Shown in pieces: positions 55,141 to 64,000 of a stretch of 64,000 nucleotides of DNA; the stretch's first letter is position 1; each line of letters opens with the position of its first letter. The position numbers and the translations under genes are program-made. This DNA is from Phoronis australis (Eukaryota; Animalia; Phoronida), in assembly GCA_002633005.1 (NCBI GenBank), contig NMRA01000173.1, positions 29,192 to 93,191 on the forward strand, written 5' to 3'. Below the pieces are notes generated by a model. That model was not told the DNA's origin. It did no database searches and saw nothing but the letters and a program-made list of their open reading frames with translations.

Positions 55141-58100
55141 GTATGTTCTGCACGTTATGTTTCACTGTCAGTCCACTCCAGACTAATAATTTGAGATAAA
55201 TTGAGTAATTCAGACTCGGTGCTAGGCAATTAGATCGCCCTGGAATTGGATGCCGCCAACCGAGGGGCTACGTGTTGCCTAGGTGTTTGCGAGCGACCAT
55301 GGTCATAGACTATTGCCTATAATCTACGGTGCGACTTAGCCAGCTAGCTACATATGTAGTCAGACTGTTGCCTAGGTAACACTGTGTGTTCATTAGACTT
55401 TAGACCTTGAAATTGCTCACAGCCAAGGTAGTTCTGCTAGTCAACTCGGCGTGAAACTTGCATCAACATGTAGAGTTAAAGACAGGACGGGGTGCATGCA
55501 AAATCTGGGAATCAAACGACACTCGCCTTGCTCGTTAGCCGTATATAAGTGGAAAACAATCTAATAAACGTTGTAATCCTCTGCCTTTCCTAGCAAAGAA
55601 AAGTTATGTTATTGAAAACAGTATGCTTGTGACACGTCGCGCACACGACATTTCCTAAATTTTTGCAAAAAGCTCTCAGGAGATGATGATAGCTTGGCAG
55701 CAGCAAAATGTCTTCTGAAATTCGTTTTTTCAGTATCAAAATTCTAAAAACTTATAACTTATAATGAAATGAAACCAATTCCGATAATTTGTTGTGACGT
55801 GTGCGCAACCTCGTGAAAGAACAACAGTTGATTGAAGAATTGGCGAAAAAAGAAACTGGCCAATATAAAAGGCGCAATATTTCATGGTGCCTCACACCAA
55901 ATAAAAAATCAAAGCCATGTTGTTATAAATGCCTTTTGCACATAGAGGGACACTTTGGAGGTCGTTGATATATTTTACTCCACGAAATATTCTTGTTATC
56001 AAACTTTTTCTTTTTCCTTCGAGCAGGCCCTTGTTCAGTTCCCAAAATTGATTGCCATTTTTAACACTGTGCACGCCACCTGCAGCACGCAGTGTTAAAA
56101 ATGGTGAGTTACCGATGTGGGAAATGAACGAGGGATTGCTCGAAGAAAAAATTTGATAACAGAAGTACTTCATCGTGTTGGAAGAAATTAAATATATCGA
56201 CGGCCTCCTAAGGTGTCTCTCTATGCGCTAAAGGTATTTATAACAACGTGACTTTGATGTGTTAGTCAGTGTGAGGCATAATTTGCCGAAAAGCTTCCAG
56301 CATATGAAGCGCCTATAGGAGCTTCATCGTCTCTGCCTTGGAGAGCTAGAGACGATGGTCATTGTCTAAGAGTACGACGGCACAGGTCGGATATAGCGGT
56401 CACTGATTTTGAGAATCAGTTTCATCCACTGAATAACGGGCCCGTTATTCAGTGATTGCATGGTTCTCAAAATCAGGGACTGCTATATCTGACCAGTATA
56501 GTACACGACAGTGTGTGTTGCCGGCTCTCAGTCCGTGTGGAGTGGGTGTTGGACCTAGTGGTGTTGTGTTGAGGTGTTGACACTGTAGTAATAGCCGCAA
56601 CGTGTAGCTCTCTTATATAGCTGCTGGCTTTCTAGTGGTTGCAATGCTCCCCATCCCTTTCTTTACTATAATCTCATGTCATGTTTGTATGTGGCTAATC
56701 AGGATAAAATACCGATGAACAAAGAAAAACACAACTCTTGTGTTCTGAACAAGAAGTACCAAACTTTATTGTTTCTAACACAGGAGAACGACTTCTGTTC
56801 TAGATTACACTACATCCCCCTTTGGAGATTCTGAGTGATACAATAAACACTAAGGATCAATGTTCTAATGATAACATTTGTGAACATCAGTCCAAACTAG
56901 AATGATGATGTAGTGTCACTAATGAAACACTTATAACTTGAAGGATAGATAAATGTTCACTTAATCACTATAGTAAAATCTACGTTTCCAGTCTTTGTCG
57001 TTTTTTAACAACTCTCCTGGAACGAGTGACAACAGGAGGGGGAGAGTCCGAAACTAAAGCACTCCGATTTCATCGGCATAGTACTCCTTTGTCCGATTCC
57101 AGTACGTATGATTGAGGTGTGGTAATCTTCTCCGTTACTGTCCCCTCCTCCTTGTTGCGGACCCAGACTAGGTCACCTGGTGTTAGTTCGGGTAAATCGC
57201 CTTCTCGATGGCGAGTGTCATGGTTGACACGCTGCTGATCACGTCGGATAAGTTGGCGATCTTGCACTTTCGAAAGAGCTTCCGGCTTGATGCCAGGTTC
57301 AAGGTTCTTCTTGATGGTTGGAAGTTTCGTTTTTAAAGTTCTCATCAGCAACTGGGCTGGCGAGAGACCATTGTCCAGAGGTATGGACCTATGGATAAGT
57401 AGGGCATTGTGAATGTCTGAGTTCGTTTTGAGTAAGTCCTTTACCACCTTCACCGCGCGTTCAGCTGCACCGTTTGCTATAGGGTATTTGGGCGAGCTGG
57501 CTATGTTTGAGAAGCCGAAATCTGCCATGAAAGTTATGAATACACGACTTGCGAACTGCGGTCCATTATCAGAAACGACTAAGTCAGGAATGCCATGTAC
57601 ACTAAATATTTCCTGTAGACATCTGATAACGGATATGTTTCTGACATTTCTCTGTATTCGGTCCATCTCGACTAATAATCGACTACGACCAATTGTTCCT
57701 TGCCGTCGAAATGAAACATGCATTCCCACTCTCTCCCATGGACGTGACAGAAAAGACGATGAAGGATAGGTTGTTTCGGTTCCGGACGTATTTGCGCAGA
57801 AATTTTACAGGATGAGATGGTCTGTTCGGTCTCCTTTGACAATCCTGGCAACCAGACTGCATGATTCTCTAGCTCGATCACGTTTCGTAATGCCGAGGTG
57901 GCCTTCGTGTGTCAGGCCCAAGATTTCCGTGCAGAGGGCCAGCGGTATAACTAATCTATCGTCAAAGAAAAGTAGATCATCAATAATCCTCACAATAATT
58001 CTGTCCCGTATGAGTTCATCCCTGAGTGCACCTTAATTGCATTCATTAGCAATTATGTATAGTCATGGATGAAACTATCAGCAGATTCGCCAGGCTGTTG

Positions 58101-61100
58101 TGTGCAGCGATTGAACGTTCGGTCACAATGTTTGTGCTTAAACTAAAGTACTGATTGAGCTGAGTTTTTAGTTCATGATACGTTATTTTATCTTCCTCAA
58201 TTCTCAACTGAGTAATAACTTACCCATACTGTGAAGCAGTGTGCTTACTTCTTGATCTGAGTCAGTTTTTTGTGAAGGCCGTAGCATTGTCTGTAGCGTG
58301 AAAAACATTTTCTCCATTCGTGCCATTCTTGTGCCAACTTAGATTGCCCGTTCTCATCCAGAAATTCAGGTAACGGAATATTTACCACCACTGCCGCCAT
58401 GTCATGTTTGTATGTGGCTAATCAGGATAAAATACCGATGAACAAAGACAAAGACGACTGGTGTGTACTTAACAGGAAATACCAAACTATACTGTTTCTA
58501 ACACAGGAGAACAACTTCCGTTCTTGATTACACTACATCATTATGCGCCATTCTCCTAGAGTGTAAAAATCAAGAAATGTCCACCATTACGATCTAATGT
58601 AGAATCACACTCTATTAAACTTGTCAAGCACGCCTTTTGTGTTAATGGTACACAATACTGTGGTTAAAATGTGTGGTGTATTTGCATGAACGCTTTGTGA
58701 GAAAGACATTGACTTTGTCATCTTCTGCGATCTTGTTCACTTTCAACCAAATGTCCAATCATCTTGTAAAACGACCACTTCTCCAAAGTCGGGTCAAACC
58801 TGGACCGATTGCCCAAATATCTGGTCTAGTGAGATCCAGAAGCCATCATGGTGAGTTCCACCAAGTGAGCTCAGACTCGTCGCCAATTTGTGGTGTATTT
58901 GCATGAACGATGGCTAGGATTATTGCCGATAATCCATTAGATAAAAATCATAACATAAGACTTCGTTGATGAACGGAAACGGAACTGTCTATATTGAAGA
59001 ATAGGTGGTGCTACATACTCTACAAGCTGGCCAGAGCTTATAGTCACACAACGGAATCAACAGGTGAAAGTTAAATCGAATTTCTCTGAAAGTCATCCGT
59101 TTTTCTCCATTCGAAGTTTTTAGGTGAAAGTATTTTATACAAAACACATCTGCTTCAAAACATTTGTTGAAAGTTGCTTGCAAATAGTATTTTTAAATAT
59201 GAGTTAGCGTTAGGCGCACTATATAGAACATAATTGCTGGATTACCTGAGCATCAGATGAAAGCAGACAATAAGAGAGTTGGACCATGTAAACATTGGTT
59301 TGCCGACTGGCCGATTAGTCATTCAGGATACTCATTCCACTGCGTGACTGTGTAATGTTTTAAACAGGCGGTAAGCTAAATCCGATGGTAGAGCCTGCTG
59401 CATCTATATGGATGACATCTCTTGAACAGAGCACCATCAAATGAAAACTAACGCAAAATACTACAACATTTAGCTTGCTTTTGTATCAAGACTGCATTTC
59501 TAGAAACACCTACAGCTTCTTGTCACCCCTGCACATTATTTATCTGGTTGGTGAAGCTGTACTTGTAGCTTACCTTATGAGGTGTAATGGGCAATAGAAG
59601 CTGTAGTGCACAAGAGCCATGTTAATGTATGCAACACATTGCTGTCTGTTGTTGAATCTTTGGCACTGCCTAATGATGTTCTCACGAGGACTTTTCACTA
59701 CAGAAATTGGTGATGGATAGAAGATGATGAATGTTTCTGACCAACAGTTTGTGTATTATAATGATGGTTCCAAACTTAACAGTGCACAGTCGGGATGAGA
59801 AATTTTTACTTTTTTGACCTTAGAGATGATGATAAAATAATTATCTGGATATCAGTGGACAATATCGCTACAGTTCTTCAGGTTGAAATTGTCGCCATCC
59901 ATCAGGCTGATGTAATGGCTAGAGAGCATTGGGCAATTCTTGGTGACAAGGAGCTCTTTTTCACACGGATAGCCAAGCTGCCATTAAGGCTTCAACCAAG
60001 CTAAAGTTGTGTTCAAGCTTGCATGAATGAGCTCAAGTGCTTGGCAGCCAAACGTACTGTCATGTTAAATTGGTCAAAGCTCATGTTGGCATTGATGTTA
60101 ATGAAGGTGCTGATTACCTTGCAAGGCAAAGAGCAAGTACACCATTTTGTACCAGAACTCTGCCTAGCAGTCCTAATACAAGTATTGCAAGGCAAAGGTA
60201 AAACATGCATGGAGGATGGGCTCCACCTGCAGACAAACAAAACTTATTTTTCCAAGTCCTTTTGAGCCCAGAGGTTCCAAAAGACTCGTAGGCAGATGAT
60301 TCAAGTGATTACTGGGCATAACAACTTAGCTCAGTTCTGAAGCATCACATCTTTTCAAACTGCCCTATGCGTGGCTTGAAAGCTGATACTCTTTGACAAT
60401 TAGTGGAGATATGCCATGTTGATCAGGGTCTTGGCAGTGGTCTTCTAGATGGTCATGTAACTTGCCTGGTAGACAGGGTCTTGGCAGTGGTCTTCTAGAT
60501 GGTCATGTAACTTGCCTGGTAGACATTGTCAGATCATGCAGGTAATAGCCATTCTTTCCTGTTATCAAAGGTCACATTATTTATCTGGTTGGTGAAGCTG
60601 TACTTGTAGCTTACCATTCTTTCCTGTTATCAAAGGTCACATTTGTGCTAACTCCTTAGAAGTAGTTTTCTGTCTCCAAAGCTGATGGGAACGCAAACAC
60701 TTAACTTTACTGTTGAGCATTATTAACATGGAAAGTTGATAGCAGCCAACTGTAAGGGGAAGTGCTTATAGTCTCCAGAGAAGGATTATATCAGCTGAAG
60801 CTGGATGATTTCGTTGAAGATGGCAGTGAATTTTAATCTTAGTAAACCAGTTGACTTTATTGGTGAGGGCTCCACGATTCTTTTCATGATTTTTGGGGGG
60901 TTAACATTGGCCACGTTCTCCCCCACCAGTCCTAGCTTTCATAAATTTCATATCACATGGTAGCTGGTAGGCAGTACAGTTCTTAATGGCTCTTAAATTT
61001 TGTCTAGATCACTGGAGTATGTGCCCACCCCCAATGTACGCAACTTTAAGGCCCTTCATTGTCTATCTGACCACCATAAATAATTTTTCAACTCCTCAAA

Positions 61101-63059
61101 CCACTGGAATTTGTTTGGGGTGATCAATGTGTATATTCATCCCCTTTGCTGGTCTACTGTACTTGGAGTCAGTGCACCTCCCTTAAGACGTTAATCTTAA
61201 TCAGTCATGTCCACCTTCTACTTCTCAAAAGTAAAGTATTCAATTTTAAATGCCCTACTCGACTTAATGTGGTCTCGTTGATTTCTTAGTCACTCTCCTG
61301 GTGTTAAAATGCTTGACATGCTTGTCGATGACTTGCAATTAATGTTTCTGATTCCAATTTACGGGACTTAACTTAATAGCAAAATGTCTATACTGCTAAG
61401 TGTACCATCAGCTCCATGTCGTCTCTTGACAATGTCTATACTGCTAAGTGTACCATCAGCTCCATGTCGTCTCTTGACAATGTCTATACTGCTAAGTGTA
61501 CCATCAGCTCCATGTCGTCTCTAGACAATGTCTATACTGCTAAGTTTACCATCTGCTCTATGTCGTCTCTAGACAATGGACGTGTTCCACCATCGTGGTT
61601 CAGCACAAGCTAGGGATGGCTACTTAGGTCTTAATTCATCATCAAATGACATCCTTGATAACGTACACAGTGCTTAGGGGATTCTCTTCGGGAACGTCAC
61701 TTAAATACTTACAATTTTGCTAAACATTCCCATTTCTTTAATCCAGTTTTAACTGGAACTATTTGTATTTCAATTGGACTGCAGTCATTGCTTGAGGTCA
61801 AACTGCAGGTATTCAAGATTACGTCTGCCTTAGATTCAACAGATATTAGGGCTGCAGCCATATAAGGCTATTTTCTCGACAGTTAGGCAATATCGTTCAA
61901 GTCTTTGCATGATATCACTAAGCATGATATCACTAAGCATGATATCACTAAGCTTTAGTAGAAAAGAGTGTGATCTCGCTTGCTTTTGCTGGCAGATATC
62001 TGAATCCTGTTATGGACTAGAGCCACTTAACATCCGTTTATGTGTAATCTATATTAAAGCCTTCAGTGTTGGGCTTAGAGTAGTGATCGCAGGTTAGTGC
62101 TGCATACTTTGATGATATATTGAGATATTTGTCAGAATGGGATCCCTTGTAACTAAATAATATACCCGGTACTAAGTTTTGTTTTTTGCAACAATCATTT
62201 TGGTAGTGTTGTTTTACCCTGGGAAAAATTGTGATAGCGTCACAATTTTTCTTGACCAGGATGGGACAAAAGTCAGAAAAAACAATTGGCAGATAACATA
62301 GTATCCAAAAGTTGGGTTCATACTTCTAATCTCGGTTGAGTTTTCCAACTAGAAACTTAAAAGCTCACTGGATGCTGATAAAGGCAGAGTCTATGGGAAT
62401 GTGTCTGCAGAAAGAGTGCTAGTGGACACTTTGAGTGTATATGTAATGCAACCAGTCTGAATGTCTGGTCAATCAGTTGATTAAGCTTACAGTTGTCCAT
62501 TTCCAGTATTGGTTTGGAGATAGCACGGAGACTTGGTCAAGATGGAGCTCATGTTGTGATCAGTAGTCGGAAGCAAGCCAATGTAGACAGAGCTGTGAGT
62601 GATCTACAGGCCAACAACCTTAGTGTGATGGGCTTAGTCTGCCATGTGGCCAAGGATGAACACAGGAAACAATTGATTGAGCAGGTGGATATTTGATTTA
62701 CATTTTAGTGTTTAATTAATTGAGATTGAATGGCAAATGGATTTCAAGTTGGATAATACTTTGGAGTTGAGTTTTGCTTGTTTCGTTAATCTAAATATGG
62801 ACAACTTCATTTTTGTGTTTCAGTTTTTGGACTGTCGAGGATTTTCTGTAGTGTAAAATGGCTTAGTGGATTACTGAAGTTGTTAATTCACCTTGGTTTA
62901 TGTACTTGTTGCATCACTTTTTTCACACCAGAATGTTCATGCTTAGTAAGTGCTGAATTTGTTATTTTTCTGTACTTTCAGACTATAAATAAATTTGGTG
63001 GTGTTGACATCTTAGTGTCTAATGCTGCAGTCAACCCCAGTTTTGGACCCATTCTTGAT
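55001..63059 (+). CDS. DHRS4: Dehydrogenase/reductase SDR family member 4, exons 1-3 (gene continues past the window)
   Basis: Exons 55001-55140, 62507-62684, 62982-63059 give [44 protein letters not shown]...[21 protein letters not shown], the DHRS4/DHRS2-type TASTDGIG cofactor motif. Confidence 0.93.
56385..56494. repeat. 110-bp fold-back inverted repeat with perfect 28-bp central palindrome
   Basis: CACTGAATAACGGG|CCCGTTATTCAGTG centre; arms GGTCGGATATAGCGGTCACTGATTTTGAGAA / TTCTCAAAATCAGGGACTGCTATATCTGACC. Confidence 0.85.
56677..58537 (-). mobile_element. Internally deleted Ty3/Gypsy (Mag-type) LTR retrotransposon in DHRS4 intron 1
   Basis: 138-bp LTRs 56677-56814 and 58400-58537 (TG...CA); PBS-like TGGCGGCAGTGG; PPT AAAGGGGGA; Gag N-terminus, integrase HHCC remnant and core ([10 protein letters not shown]...[17 protein letters not shown]) with frameshifts. 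Confidence 0.92.
58672..59048 (-). mobile_element. Second, heavily deleted Gypsy remnant (LTR end, PBS, gag start)
   Basis: ...CACCACA-A-TTGGCGACGAG PBS followed by [33 protein letters not shown]; a 21-bp LTR-end sequence is repeated at 58672 and 58889. Confidence 0.55.
59640..60420 (+). mobile_element. Degraded RNase H-containing (I-group) LINE remnant
   Basis: [46 protein letters not shown] motifs across frameshifts. Confidence 0.7.
61384..61578. repeat. 48-bp tandem repeat x4
   Basis: AATGTCTATACTGCTAAGTGTACCATCAGCTCCATGTCGTCTCTTGAC. Confidence 0.92.
61908..61953. repeat. 15-bp tandem repeat x3
   Basis: CATGATATCACTAAG. Confidence 0.9.
62507..62684 (+). CDS. DHRS4: DHRS4 exon 2 ([13 protein letters not shown]...EHRKQLIEQ)
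   Basis: tttccag acceptor, CAG|gtggat donor. Confidence 0.94.
62982..63059 (+). CDS. DHRS4: DHRS4 exon 3 ([26 protein letters not shown])
   Basis: tttcag acceptor, GAT|gtaagt donor; SDR NNAG-equivalent SNAA. Confidence 0.93.
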
Positions 63060-64000
63060 GTAAGTTGAAACAACTGACTTTATGTATTAAAAGTAACATA
63101 TCAGAAAGGTGTTAGTATTTTATTATTTTTCGCTTTAAACCACCAACATTGCAGCACTGTGCATTTATATATTTTTATTAATAACAATGCTTTATTTCAG
63201 AACATTTGTACTTGGAACTGTCATCAAGTGATGCGTTGTTAGAGCATTTCAGTTGTTATGTTTATGACTGAGTTACGACAATTTGGCAGTTACTTTGTTT
63301 GTGTGAAATTAAATGTAAATTAAATGTAAATTAAATGAATGTTTGTCAGATTTGTGGAACTAGCATGGGTGTAACGATGTTTAGTGAAATTTTTTCCATG
63401 AGACAACTCCAATGTTAATATCTGGAATTTTTTTACTCCACCGCCTAAGCAAGCCTTGAGCCAGACTAACCAGTCCAAATATATTCACAAATTAATGCTC
63501 TTGGCTTAGCCGCGATCCTGATTTTTCTTAGTGCATTTATTTAATAATTTAAAGACAGCTTGTACTTAATGATTTATAGACAGTTAGTACTTAATGATTT
63601 ATAGACAGTTAAAACTTACTTTTCAATTTTAAAAGCAGTCATGTTGGTCATTTGGCTTTCTTGTTTCTTTTTTGTTTTTTTTTTTTTGATTTGAAACTCA
63701 TACAGCCAAGCCCATGAATAGCACTAGTTCATTTCAATCTGTGGCAGCGCTATCAAGCCTTTGATGTGCCGAGGAATTCACTGGCTTCTCTGTGGTAAAC
63801 AGTGCCTGTTTTCTTGTCCACTTGCTTACTTACTTACTGCCTATAAATTCTGCCAGCATAAAATTTGCCTTATGTAAGCTCACTATCTCATGATAAAAGC
63901 TGAATACAATGAAATAGATGAACCTCTCTGCACTTCAAACATAAATTCTGAATATATATGCTATTAAATGTACATTGAATGTATTCATTCCATTCTATTT

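Noticed and set aside
60690-61380. Possible minus-strand LINE endonuclease relic
   Set aside because: Only a faint GDMNIH-like trace; too degraded to support by eye.

Overview
Repeat-rich, AT-rich eukaryotic (invertebrate, plausibly lophotrochozoan/mollusc-like; inferred) genomic DNA with spliceosomal GT-AG introns and one assembly gap (11701-12404). Three protein-coding genes can be assembled by hand: the 3' half of HEATR6 (+, 4674-21953), a complete mitochondrial-type thymidine kinase 2 / deoxynucleoside kinase gene (-, 50705 to 26341) and the first three exons of DHRS4 (+, from 55001). TK2 and DHRS4 lie head-to-head across a CpG-rich region, and HEATR6 and TK2 lie tail-to-tail. Introns carry remnants of Hero-like, CR1-group, Tx1/L1, RNase-H-bearing LINE, Penelope-like, Mag-type Gypsy, Kolobok, Harbinger-type and other TIR elements, plus many young tandem repeats. 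The main unexplained structure is a dispersed Helentron/HINE-like non-autonomous family (4 copies) whose internal ~440-bp repeat is an array of same-strand CTCF-consensus motifs spaced ~147 bp apart. Also notable are tandem repeats built from a real splice donor (HEATR6) and a real splice acceptor (TK2), a possible dual-frame HEATR6 C-terminus and hammerhead-like motifs in Penelope termini. All homology calls come from recalled protein motifs, not from database searches.
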